From: an uncultured Acidobacteriota bacterium
GTDB taxonomy: Bacteria; Acidobacteriota; Vicinamibacteria; Vicinamibacterales; SCN-69-37
DNA: 64,000 nt
Assembly (NCBI GenBank): GCA_963752045.1
Contig: CAVVWN010000007.1
Span: 157,961-221,960 of the forward strand
Reading direction: 5' to 3'
Position numbers and translations under genes: made by a program. The notes below the pieces were generated by a model, which was given only the letters and a program-made list of their open reading frames with translations, was not told the origin of the DNA and made no database searches. Positions 48,610 through 58,362 of the stretch are shown in pieces; the stretch's first letter is position 1; each line of letters opens with the position of its first letter.

Positions 48610-49874
48610 GCTCACCGCTTCGGATTCTCGTCACGACCGATGCGTTTCCGCCGGTTTGCGGGGGCAGCGGATGGAGCAGCTGGGAGCTGGTCCGCGGCCT
48701 GGCCGCGCGCGGCCACCACGTCGAGGTCGTCAAGGTCGAGGCCGGACCGGCCGGCCACCTCGACACGACCTATGAGGGCGTCCGCGTCACGATCTTCAGG
48801 CAGCAGGCACCCGCCGTGCCGGTCGTCCGCAACGTCGCGAAGAACGAGCGGATGTGGTCGAAAGCGACCGCTTACCTGATCGACAGGCTTCGCACCGCGC
48901 CCATGGACGTCGTCCACGCGCAACACGTGATGAGCACCGTGCCGAGCATCAGGGCGGCTTCGCGAACCGGCACGCCGGTCGTCGCGACGGTTCGCGACTA
49001 CTGGCCGGTCTGCTACTGGTCCGACCTCATCCACGACCCAGCCTCGCCCACGCTGTGCCCCGCCTGTTCGACGGCCATGATGCGCCAGTGCGTGCGACCG
49101 CGCGCGGGCAATGCAGGCGTCGCCGCCTGGTCGCTGATCCCGTACATGCGCGCCAACCTGCGACGCAAGCGAACGACGCTCGCCCGCGCGAGCGCCGTCA
49201 TCGCCGTCAGCCACCGCATCGCCCACGACCTCGAGACCCGGGCGCCCGAGCTGCGCCAGACACCCGTGTTCACGATTCCCAACCCCGTGGACCTCGCGAT
49301 GCTCGATCGAGCCGGGACGGCCGCGGCCCCGCTCGACGGGGCCTACGCGCTCTACGCCGGCAAGCTCGCGCCGAACAAGGGCGCGCAGTTCCTGCTGCCC
49401 GCCTGGGCCGAAGCCGGGCTCGACTGGCCGCTCGTCGTGGCCGGCGACGGCCCGCTCCGCGCGGCGCTCGAAGAAGACGCCGCGCGTCGCCGACTCGACG
49501 TTCGTTTCCTCGGCTGGTGCGACCGGCCGGACGTGTGGAAGTGGATGCGGCACGCCACGATGCTGGCCTTCCCGTCGTACGGCCCCGAGTCTCTCAGCCG
49601 GGTGCTGCTCGAAGCCGCGGCGCTCGGCACGCCAATCGCCGCGATGGAGACCGGCGGAACGGCCGACATCCTCAAACACGGTGTGACGGCACTCCTCTCG
49701 GCCTCGAGAGAAGCGTTTGCCGAGGACCTTGCGACGCTCGGCCGTGATGAGCGGCTGCGCGCGAAGCTCGGCCACGCGGCTCGAGAGGACGTGCGGGCGC
49801 GGTTCTCGGCGGCCTCGGTCGTGGACCGGATCGAACAGGTTTACCGGGGACTGCTCCAACCCAGGGCAGCCTGA
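48606..49874 (+). CDS. glycosyltransferase family 4
   Basis: ATGA start/stop overlap with the previous gene. It has LRILVTTDAFPPVCGGSGWS and GPESLSRVLLEAAALGTPIAA. Confidence 0.85.
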   Translation: MSSPLRILVTTDAFPPVCGGSGWSSWELVRGLAARGHHVEVVKVEAGPAGHLDTTYEGVRVTIFRQQAPAVPVVRNVAKNERMWSKATAYLIDRLRTAPMDVVHAQHVMSTVPSIRAASRTGTPVVATVRDYWPVCYWSDLIHDPASPTLCPACSTAMMRQCVRPRAGNAGVAAWSLIPYMRANLRRKRTTLARASAVIAVSHRIAHDLETRAPELRQTPVFTIPNPVDLAMLDRAGTAAAPLDGAYALYAGKLAPNKGAQFLLPAWAEAGLDWPLVVAGDGPLRAALEEDAARRRLDVRFLGWCDRPDVWKWMRHATMLAFPSYGPESLSRVLLEAAALGTPIAAMETGGTADILKHGVTALLSASREAFAEDLATLGRDERLRAKLGHAAREDVRARFSAASVVDRIEQVYRGLLQPRAA

Positions 49875-51154
49875 TGGCGGGCACTGCTTCTGCGCGTCTC
49901 CGTGTCGCCGTCGTTTCGCGATCGGTCATGCCGCTCCACGGCGTCGGCGGACTCGAGCGCTCGACGCGGGATCTCGTCCGGCACCTTGCCGCACGTGACG
50001 TGGACGTGACGCTCATCACGCCGCCGCCGTCACGCGACGGCCTGGACGTCGGCGCCGACCCGTTCGCGTCGCGCCGCATCACCATCCGGCACGTGCCCTA
50101 CGTGACTTTTCCGCTGGCCAACCGCCGGGGCACGACCGTGCTCGACCGGAGCACGGCCTACCTCGTCTGGGCTCGCCGGGCGGGCCGGCTGGCACTCTCA
50201 CTGGTTCGCGAAGGACAGATCGACCTTGTGCACAGCCAGGGCGCGGCCGCGCTCGGGTACGCACGGGCGCGCCTCGGTGGCGAAGCCACCGCGCCGTTCG
50301 TCCTCAATCCGCACGGCCTCGAGGAGTTCGGAGCCACCGGCGCCGGTCTGCCACCAGCCAAGCGCCTGGGCTACGCGCCGCTCCGCAGGGCCGTCCGCAC
50401 GTGCGCGCGCGCGGCCGACTGTGTCATCGCCACCGACCGCGCGCTCGAGCCAGCGATCCTCCGGCACCTGCGTATCGACGCGGACCGGATGCGGACCGTT
50501 CCGAACGGCATCGACGTGCAGGAGGCCATGGACCATGCTGGCCCGCCGGAAGGCGCGATCCTGCGGCGCCGCCACCACATCGAGCCCGTCGAACTGGTGC
50601 TGCTCTCGGTCGGACGACTCGAAGTCAACAAGGGCTTCGAGCTTCTGCCAGCCGCCATCGCACGGGCGCTCGAACGATCGCCCTCGATGGCCGCGCGCGG
50701 ATGGCGCTGGGTCCTCGTCGGCGCCGGCTCGCGAAGCGGACAGATCGACGAGGCCATCGACGCTCACGATCTTCGTCGTCACGCGATCGTTGCCGGGCGC
50801 GTCGACGAGCGCGAGCTCCACGCCTGGTACGAGGCCGCCACGGTCTTCGTCCACCCGACCCGGTACGAAGGCAGCTCGCTGGTCACCCTTGAAGCGATGA
50901 GCCACGGGAAGCCGGTGATCGCGACGCGCGTGGGCGGTCTGCCCGACAAGGTGCGGCCGGGCGTCAACGGCTGGCTCGTCGAACCCGACGATGTGGAGGC
51001 GCTCGGAGCGGCCATTGCCGAAGCCGCCCGCAACACGACCCACCTCGGCACGATGGGCGCGAAGAGCCGGGAAATCGTGGAATCCGAATTCGCGTGGCCG
51101 GCGGTCGCGGCTCGTCAGCTGGCCGTCTACGACGAGTTGCTCGGCAAGCGCTAG
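49874..51154 (+). CDS. glycosyltransferase family 4
   Basis: Its start overlaps the previous stop by 1 nt. It has LRVAVVSRSVMPLHGVGGLE and YEGSSLVTLEAMSHGKPVIATRVGG. Confidence 0.85.
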   Translation: MAGTASARLRVAVVSRSVMPLHGVGGLERSTRDLVRHLAARDVDVTLITPPPSRDGLDVGADPFASRRITIRHVPYVTFPLANRRGTTVLDRSTAYLVWARRAGRLALSLVREGQIDLVHSQGAAALGYARARLGGEATAPFVLNPHGLEEFGATGAGLPPAKRLGYAPLRRAVRTCARAADCVIATDRALEPAILRHLRIDADRMRTVPNGIDVQEAMDHAGPPEGAILRRRHHIEPVELVLLSVGRLEVNKGFELLPAAIARALERSPSMAARGWRWVLVGAGSRSGQIDEAIDAHDLRRHAIVAGRVDERELHAWYEAATVFVHPTRYEGSSLVTLEAMSHGKPVIATRVGGLPDKVRPGVNGWLVEPDDVEALGAAIAEAARNTTHLGTMGAKSREIVESEFAWPAVAARQLAVYDELLGKR

Positions 51155-51163
51155 AATCTGCCC

Positions 51164-52705
51164 GTGCTCCCCCGCTCGCCCGCCACGCGTGTCTCAGCCG
51201 TCGAGTGGACCCTTGCGGTCGCCATCGTCGGGCTCGGCGGCGCGCTCCGCTTCGCGTTCATCGGTTCTGGCGTGCCGGCCGCGGTCGCCTCCGACGAGCC
51301 GTTCCTCATGGAACGCGCCTTCGCCATGCTGGTGACCGGGGATTTCAACCCGAGGGTGTTCGACTACCCGTCCTTGTACATGTACCTGCAGACGGCGGTG
51401 GCCGCGCTGCGTTTCGTGGTCGGCGCATTCCGGGGCGAGTGGTTTCAGCTCAGTCACGTCACGGCGTCCGATTTCTACGTCTGGGGCAGGGCGCTCACGG
51501 CACTTCTCGGCACGCTCACCGTCCTCCTCACCTGGCGTGTCGGCCGACGGCTGACTCCGGCGGCAGGCCTTTTCGCGGCGCTCTTCATGGCCGTGCAGCC
51601 CCAGCACGTCCGCGATTCCCATTTCGCGCTGACCGACGTGCCAATGACCTTCTTCGTCACGCTGGCCCTGCTCGCCAGCGTGCGGGCGGCCGAGGCGCGG
51701 AGCCTCCGCGCCTTCGCGCTCGCCGGCGCGGCGGTCGGGCTCTCGGCTGCCACCAAGTACACCGGCGGGATCGCGCTCGTCATCCCGCTCGCGGCCGTGG
51801 CGTGGACCCGCCTGGACGCGGCGACCAGGCTGCGCGCCGCCCTGGCCGTCGTCGGCGGTTCGGCGGCTGCCTTTCTGATCGGGGCTCCGTACACGGTGCT
51901 CGACCTGCCGGCATTCCTCAATGGATTCGGCTACCTCGCGAAAGCTCATGCCGGAGGCCCCGCGCCGGCGACCCCGGCCTGGTGGACCTACCTTCTCCAC
52001 CTGAACATCAACCTCGGGCTTCCTTTGTTGTGCCTGTCGATCATCGGCGTCGCCGTCGGCGCGATACAGGCCTTTCGCGCCGCGGCTTCCACGCGCGTCG
52101 TCTGGGCGACCGCCACCGTGTTCACGGCCGCCTTCTACCTGGAAGTCTCCGGACAGACACTGATCTACGGCCGCTATCTGCTCCCGATCCTGCCGCCGCT
52201 CTTCGTCCTCGCCGGCGGGGCGCTCGACCTGGGCCTCTCACGCTGGGGTCCCGTCGTCCGATCGAGTCGCTGGCGACGTGCCCTCGTCGTGGTGGCCGTC
52301 GTGGTTCTCGTCAGTCCGGCCGTCCTCCGAACGGGCACGCTGCTCTCGACGATGTCGAAGACGAGCAGCAACGAACTCGCGTATGACTGGATAGTCCAGA
52401 ACCTCCCTGCCGGGTCGAGAGTGGTCGTCGAGGCCGAGGGCATGAAGCTGCCGAACCGCTTCCGCGCCCGCAACGTCCAACGGCTCATCGACGAAAGCTA
52501 CGACGAGCTCGCTGCCGGCGGCGCCGAGTATCTCGTCGCCTCGTCGCTGGCTTCTCGAGGCGCGATGGCCGGCGGCTCCACCGATGAAGGCCGCGCGTAT
52601 CAGGAGCTGTTCGCACGCATGCAACTCGTGTTCGCCGTAAGGCCGACCGACCAACATCCCGGTTCAGAGATCCGGGTGTACCGCCTGGCGACGCGGGCGC
52701 CGTGA
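51164..52705 (+). CDS. GT-C fold glycosyltransferase (family 39/83-like, ArnT/PMT_2 type)
   Basis: It has about 10 or more TM helices and a first-loop motif ASDEPFLMERAFAM. The SAATKYTGG region is typical of phospholipid-carrier-dependent glycosyltransferases. GTG start lies 9 nt after the previous stop. Confidence 0.7.
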   Translation: MLPRSPATRVSAVEWTLAVAIVGLGGALRFAFIGSGVPAAVASDEPFLMERAFAMLVTGDFNPRVFDYPSLYMYLQTAVAALRFVVGAFRGEWFQLSHVTASDFYVWGRALTALLGTLTVLLTWRVGRRLTPAAGLFAALFMAVQPQHVRDSHFALTDVPMTFFVTLALLASVRAAEARSLRAFALAGAAVGLSAATKYTGGIALVIPLAAVAWTRLDAATRLRAALAVVGGSAAAFLIGAPYTVLDLPAFLNGFGYLAKAHAGGPAPATPAWWTYLLHLNINLGLPLLCLSIIGVAVGAIQAFRAAASTRVVWATATVFTAAFYLEVSGQTLIYGRYLLPILPPLFVLAGGALDLGLSRWGPVVRSSRWRRALVVVAVVVLVSPAVLRTGTLLSTMSKTSSNELAYDWIVQNLPAGSRVVVEAEGMKLPNRFRARNVQRLIDESYDELAAGGAEYLVASSLASRGAMAGGSTDEGRAYQELFARMQLVFAVRPTDQHPGSEIRVYRLATRAP

Positions 52706-54771
52706 CGTCCGTCATGCCAGCCGCGCCGGTCGTGGCCCTCTGGTGTGCCGGTACTCTCGGGCATTTTCTGCTGACCGCCGTGTGGGTCGATCGTTTCGGC
52801 CGAACCGGCGAGACCGGCGACGCCCGCTTCTTTGCCACCATGCTGTGGGCGACGGCCACCTTGAGTGCGGCGCTTTACGCGGTTGCCTCGACGGTCGGCC
52901 TCGACGTGATGACCGTCGTCTGCCTGCTCGCGGCCGGTCATTTCGTCACGTGGCGCCTCGGCGCCGGGAGGTGGGGGGCACATCTCGCCCACCCCCCGGC
53001 GCCGACCCGTGCGCTCGAAGTCGCCGCGGCCGTGACGCTCGGTGCGATCGTGCTTCGATGGGTGATCGTCGCCGCGCCAACGCTCGAGGTGAGCGGGACC
53101 GATGCGGCGCACTATCACATTCCGAACGCCGTGAACCTCGCCCTCGGCGCCAGTCCGTTCGACCTGCCGCCGAGCTCGCATCTGTACCCGATGGGCAGCA
53201 GCATGCTTGCCGCCTGGTTCATCCTGCCGTTCGGCGACGCGCTCCTGACCGACCTGACGATGGTCATCCCGTTCCTGCTGCTGGCATCGGGATTGGGCTG
53301 GCTCTTCCGCCTGACGACCGGGCTTTCCGGCCTTGCGTGGATGACGTGGCCCGTGCTCGCGCTCTTTGGCACGCGCCTGTTCCGGTCGGCGAGCCTCATG
53401 TCTGCCGACCTGATGTTTGCCGCAACGGTCACGGCTCTGGCTGCGCTCCTGTCGGCGATCGTCCTCGAGCGACGGCTGTCGCGGTGGTCACTCGTCTCGA
53501 CCGCGCTCGCCGCCGGGCTTCTGCTGGGTGCGAAGACCACCGGACTCATCGCGCTCGTCCTCCTCTCCGCGCCCGCGGTTGGGATCCTCGCCGTGATGGC
53601 CTGGCGCGGCATGGTCAGGATCGACGTGCGGCCGGCCGCGCTGACGTCGCTCGTCTCCGGCGTTGCGTTGGTTGCGGCCGGCGGGATCTGGCTGATTCGA
53701 AACTGGTGGGTATGGGGATCGCCGGTCGTGCCGAACGGCCTGACGCTCTTGGGCATTGAGATCTTCGCCGGCGTTCCGTTCGAGCGGTCCACCTACCTCT
53801 CCGTGCTTGGCGATCTCGCACGCGACCCGGCGTACCCGCTCGCCGAACGCGCCCGTCACTACATCAGCGAGTGGCTGAGCCCCTGGTACTTTCTGGCACT
53901 CGTCCCGATGGCGGCGATTCCGATCGACGCGCTCATCAACCGGCTGCGCGGCGGCCCGGGCGAACCCGCCGTCCGGCGGCTCGCTCTGCTGGCTCTCGTG
54001 GCGGGCACCATGGCGCCGATGCTCTGGCTGCTGGCCGGGGCACCCTGGACGAGCCTCGAGTGGACACGCGGGATGGCCCTGCGTTACGCGCAACCCTGGT
54101 GGGCCCTGCTGCCACTCGTGGCCACGGTCGGACTGTTTCCGGTGAGCGTTCCCTGGTACCGGCGGCCGATCCCCGCGGCCATCGCGGGTGCGGCACTGGT
54201 GACTGGAAGCATGATCGCCCTCAGCGCCGACGCCGGCATGCCGTATCCGCCACTGCCCACCGCAGCGACGTTACTCGGCGCTGGAATGCTGTGGGTGTGG
54301 GCCCGGCCGGGTGTGCGGGGGCGGATCTGGCAGGGCATCGCCGGCCTGGCCGTGATCTCGATCGCGTTCGCGGCATGGACGGTCCGGCTCGATGCGGACG
54401 CGCGCGCGGCGAGCGCCGCGGCCGCATCAGCGGTGCCGCCGACACCCGTGCGCCTCATCTACGAGGCGGCGCAGAATCACGAAGCGGCAAGCGGCAGGAC
54501 CTGCACGCAGCGCCGTTTTTTCGTGACCACACGGCTCGACGAGCCGCTGGGCCTCCAGGGCGTGGACTTCAGCAATCTCGTGTTCTATGCCGCCCGCGAC
54601 GTGGCCGTGACCTCGACGGTCGATCCGCTCGGAACGTGTGACTACGTCATCAGCTCGCGGGCCGTGCTCACGACGAAGAAGGGCGTGGATCTTCTCGGCG
54701 CGGTGAACCCCTACGCGGCCACGGTCGAGATCGCCGAGGCCCCTCCGTTCGTGCTCCTCGGCAAGCGCTGA
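52702..54771 (+). CDS. large polytopic membrane protein, possible GT-C-like glycosyltransferase or polymerase
   Basis: GTGA overlap with the previous gene. 689 aa, hydrophobic helices throughout, and an early-loop motif GTDAAHYHIPNA. Family not recognised with confidence. Confidence 0.5.
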   Translation: MTSVMPAAPVVALWCAGTLGHFLLTAVWVDRFGRTGETGDARFFATMLWATATLSAALYAVASTVGLDVMTVVCLLAAGHFVTWRLGAGRWGAHLAHPPAPTRALEVAAAVTLGAIVLRWVIVAAPTLEVSGTDAAHYHIPNAVNLALGASPFDLPPSSHLYPMGSSMLAAWFILPFGDALLTDLTMVIPFLLLASGLGWLFRLTTGLSGLAWMTWPVLALFGTRLFRSASLMSADLMFAATVTALAALLSAIVLERRLSRWSLVSTALAAGLLLGAKTTGLIALVLLSAPAVGILAVMAWRGMVRIDVRPAALTSLVSGVALVAAGGIWLIRNWWVWGSPVVPNGLTLLGIEIFAGVPFERSTYLSVLGDLARDPAYPLAERARHYISEWLSPWYFLALVPMAAIPIDALINRLRGGPGEPAVRRLALLALVAGTMAPMLWLLAGAPWTSLEWTRGMALRYAQPWWALLPLVATVGLFPVSVPWYRRPIPAAIAGAALVTGSMIALSADAGMPYPPLPTAATLLGAGMLWVWARPGVRGRIWQGIAGLAVISIAFAAWTVRLDADARAASAAAASAVPPTPVRLIYEAAQNHEAASGRTCTQRRFFVTTRLDEPLGLQGVDFSNLVFYAARDVAVTSTVDPLGTCDYVISSRAVLTTKKGVDLLGAVNPYAATVEIAEAPPFVLLGKR

Positions 54772-54787
54772 CCCGCCGGGCGATCGG

Positions 54788-55294
54788 TCAGCGCAGACCC
54801 GCGCGCACGCGCAGGCCGGCAATCCAGCCGGCGATGGCCTCGGACCGATCCGCCGCCGGGACGCTCCCAAAACGGTTCTCGATGTACGCCCGGATCGTCA
54901 CTGCATCTTTGAGCCAGGCCTCGAGCTCGTCCTCACTCATCCCGGCTTCCCCGAGCAGGACCCGCGTATCGACAGCGGGATCGAGCCGCGACCGCCAGCG
55001 TTCGCGTTCGGCGTCGACGAGATCCGGATCGGGCGGCGCGGGATTGAACCGGGCCACCTCGGCCACCATGAGCCAGTGGTTCTCGAGCGCGCGCTGAATG
55101 TCCGCATCGGTCGTCGCCTCGGCCGCGACGAGCTGCAACTGACGAGCCCGTCTCACATCGAGCTGGGTGATCACCTGATTACCCACACGCACGAGCACCC
55201 GGTCGACCTCGACCTGGGCGCCAACAGGAACGGCCGCAACGCCCATCAACACACCCATGACCGCCGAAGCCCACCGTGCCCTCGAAGATCTCAT
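54788..55294 (-). CDS. periplasmic SurA-N-terminal-domain-like chaperone candidate
   Basis: ORF trimmed to MRSSRARWASAVMGVLMGVAAVPVGA (signal). VDRVLVRVGNQVITQLDVRRA resembles the SurA_N start. It lies last in the tamB-bamA gene string. Confidence 0.45.
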   Translation of the reverse strand: MRSSRARWASAVMGVLMGVAAVPVGAQVEVDRVLVRVGNQVITQLDVRRARQLQLVAAEATTDADIQRALENHWLMVAEVARFNPAPPDPDLVDAERERWRSRLDPAVDTRVLLGEAGMSEDELEAWLKDAVTIRAYIENRFGSVPAADRSEAIAGWIAGLRVRAGLR

Positions 55295-55320
55295 CACCAC
55301 CACCCCCGTCGCCGCACCCC

Positions 55321-55415
55321 CGAACCCCGAACCCTCGGACCGTCGGACCGTCGGACCCCCGGACCTTCGGACCCCCGGACCGTCGGACCGTCGGACCCTC
55401 GGACCCTCGGACCTC
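55321..55415. repeat. tandem array of 8-bp unit CGGACCNN: 10 units (55336-55415) preceded by 2 degenerate CGAACCC units
   Basis: Counted by hand. It directly abuts the TAG (55416-55418) of the bamA-type gene and ends 26 nt before ATG 55294 of the next gene. The 8-bp period is incompatible with coding. Confidence 0.95.
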
Positions 55416-58362
55416 CTAGAACGCCTCCCCGATGCTGAAGTGCATCTCCCACAGGCGTTCCGGGCGGCCATTGAAGACCAGGCGGCTCATCTTGAACCCC
55501 ACGTCGAAGCGGAGTGGCCCGAGCGGGGAATCCCACCTGACGCCGAGCCCGGACGTGCCTCGGAGCCGGCCGAGGTCGAGGTCGCCGACCCGTCGGAACA
55601 CGTTGCCGCCGTCGACGAACCCGACCCCGACCAGACGCCGGCCGAACAAGTTACCGATACCGGCGCGCAGTTCCGCATTTACGACGATGACGGCGTTTCC
55701 GCCATTCGACAGACCGTCGTCATTGAGGATCTCCGACACGCCGAGCCGGTCGAGCTGGAAGCCGCGCACGGTGGTGCCGCCGCCGGCAAAGAACCGCTGG
55801 CTGGCTGGAAGGTCGTCGAGCGCGACGTCGGGAATGGGCTCGAAGGCAACCGGCTCCTCGAGCGGCAACCGGCGCTCGGCGGCTCTGGCAAGACCAAGCT
55901 GCGCGCGCGTGGCGAGAATGAACCGGCGATCCTCGGACAGCGGCGTGAACCGGACGGCCTGAAAGAATGTCTTGACGTAGTTGACTTCCGAGCCAATCGC
56001 CGTGAGCGCGGTTTCGATGTCCGCGGTGGCGAACGTCCCGCGCGTCGGCGCCACCAGGCTGTCACGCCTGTCCCACACGACGCCGGTAGAAAGCGTCGAC
56101 AGGCGCACCTGGGGAAAGAGCCGGTCGATGGCCGGCTGGTCCTCCGGAGGGATGAGCTCGTCGAAGAGCTTGGTGAAGTCCAGCCCGTAGCGTCCGGTCA
56201 CGCTGACGGTCGGCGAGACCCGGTGGAGGATCTCGGCGTTGACCGCCCGGCGCAGGAAGTTGAAATTCGTCCGGGTTGCCTGCTCCGACGTGAGGCCGAA
56301 CAGGATCTCCGAGTCGCTGCCAAAAGCGCGCCGTTCGCGATAGGCCACCGTGGTCCGGGTACTCGACGAACCCGAACGTGCCTCCCGAGTCGCCGATTTC
56401 CTTCAGCGTGGCGCGCTTGAGACTGAGCCGCCCGAAGAAGCTCAGGGTGCGGTCGCGCCCGCCGATGTGCCGCCTGGCCAGCTCGACGAAACCCCGCGGG
56501 GCGATCTCGAGCACCTCCTCGATGCGCTGACCGGCGAACGATTGTGGCCGACGGCCGGCCTCGATGCCGCCGCCGTAGCCAACGGTGGTTGCCGGAGCCT
56601 CGTCGACGGAGAGGATCACGTGCGCGCGCATGTCGCCAGGCGGTCTTGGCTGCTCGCTGAACGACGCGCGGGATACGCCGAGCTCCGCCAGCCGTCGCCG
56701 GCTCTCGTTGATGGCCGCCGGGCCGAACGGCTGCCCGGGCTTCAGCATGATGCGTTCGAGGATCGTCTCTTCCGACACCCGCTCGTTGCCGACCACCGTA
56801 ATCTGCGCGACGATGGTCTGGGGCCCTTCGGTGATGTGAAACGTCAGGTCGACGGAGGTGCCTTCGTCGGCGAACACCGGCTCGCGCGCTTCGACCCGAG
56901 CCGCGCGGAAGCCGCGGTCCTGATAGAGCGTCTCCAGATCGAGTCGGTCGAAGTAGACGGCCGCGACCGAGTACGGTTCCCCGGGCCGCGATCGCATCAC
57001 GGCCCGGAGATCGGCTTCGGGAACGACCGCGCTGGCGTCGGCCGGCTCGATCGCCACGGACCGCAGCAGGCCGCGAGGCCCTTCGACGATCTCCGGATTG
57101 AGGGCGAGCCAGGCCTCGGCCGGCGTCGACCTGTCGGCGTCCTCGGTGTACTGGGGTGTCGCCTCGACCGCATAGAAACCCTGCCGCTGGTACTCCAGGG
57201 CGACGCGCTGAATCCCCTGCAGCACGCGGGCATCGTCGACGGGATCGCCCGGCTTGACGCCAATCGCATCGCGAATCACGTCGTCGCCGAGGGCCAGTCC
57301 GGCAGGCAGATCGATACGAGCCAGGCGGTAGCGTCGCCCTCGCGTGACATGAAACGTGATGATGAGCTCGTCTCCCCGCGCCTCCCGCGTGTGGAAGACG
57401 TCGGCCTGCCGGTAGCCATCCTGCTCGAGCGCGCTGCGGATCAACTGGTCGGCGTCCTCGAGGAGATCTTCGTCGGCGAGGCCTTCACGCCGAATCGGGA
57501 CGAGGTCGTCCACGTTGCCACCAGGGCGCGCGTCTCCGGCCCACTCGACGCGAATGCGCGGCCCCGCGCCGATGATGAGCTCGAGATCGACCGCCGTGCG
57601 GTCGGCCGACTCGGTGACCTGGGGGTTCGCGAACGCGGAGTAGTAGCCGAGGCCGCTCAGCTGATCTCGCAGGCCGGCGAGCGCGCTCGAGAGCGCGCGC
57701 GGCCGATACGGGCTGCCTTCGACGGCGCCCGTCCGGTCGCGGATCTGCCGCTCGGAGAGCGGCGACTGGTTGTCGATGGTCACGCTCGCGATGCGGGCCT
57801 GCACACCGGCGTCCACGTCGATCGCGAGCGTCGCCCGTGAAGCACCGGCCGTCCGCACCGTCGCCGCCCGGGCCCGGGCACCGAGAAAGCCCTCGTCGTT
57901 GAGGGCCCGTTCGACGGCCTGCTCCACGTTGCGCAGGTTGGCGTTGGCTGGTGGCAGCCCGCCATACAGGTCGCGAACGTATCGCTGCAGGTCCGCCTCG
58001 GGCACCCCGAGCGTTCCCGCGAATGTGACCCGCTCGATCGGCAGCCTCGGCTCGAGGGCGATGGTGACGATGAGGCCGGCTGGCCCGTCGGCCACGAGCA
58101 GGCGGACGTCGTCGAAACGCGCGAGCCGCCCGAAGTGGTCCATTGTGGTACGAACGTCGACGATCGACAGCGGCCTGCCGACGGTGATCTCGACGAGGTC
58201 GCGCAACGAGCTGTCCGACTGCGGCACTCCCGCGAGCTCGATGCGGATCTCGGCCACGGTCCGGCCCGCAAACGACGCGACCGGGTCCTGCGCGAACGCC
58301 CCGGCCGGCAGAGACGCCGCGAGCAGGCCGACGAGGAGAACGGCAAGCGGGCGCGGACGCAT
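55416..58362 (-). pseudogene. bamA: BamA/Omp85-family outer membrane protein assembly factor, reading frame interrupted by a 1-nt frameshift near 56357-56359
   Basis: ORF 56062..58362 encodes a signal peptide, POTRA-like repeats and the first barrel strands up to ...GGTFGFVEY. ORF 55416..56348 continues in another frame with ...RTTVAYRERRAFGSDSEILFGL... to the Omp85 terminus HFSIGEAF. Removing one C of the CCC run (GGG 56357-56359 on plus) joins them. This could be a true pseudogene or a homopolymer sequencing error. Confidence 0.75.

Noticed and set aside
56062-56350. C-terminal 95 aa of ORF 56062..58362 (PDHGGLSRTARFWQRLGDPVRPH...)
   Set aside because: This is an out-of-frame read-through after the frameshift. 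The true continuation of the barrel is in ORF 55416..56348.
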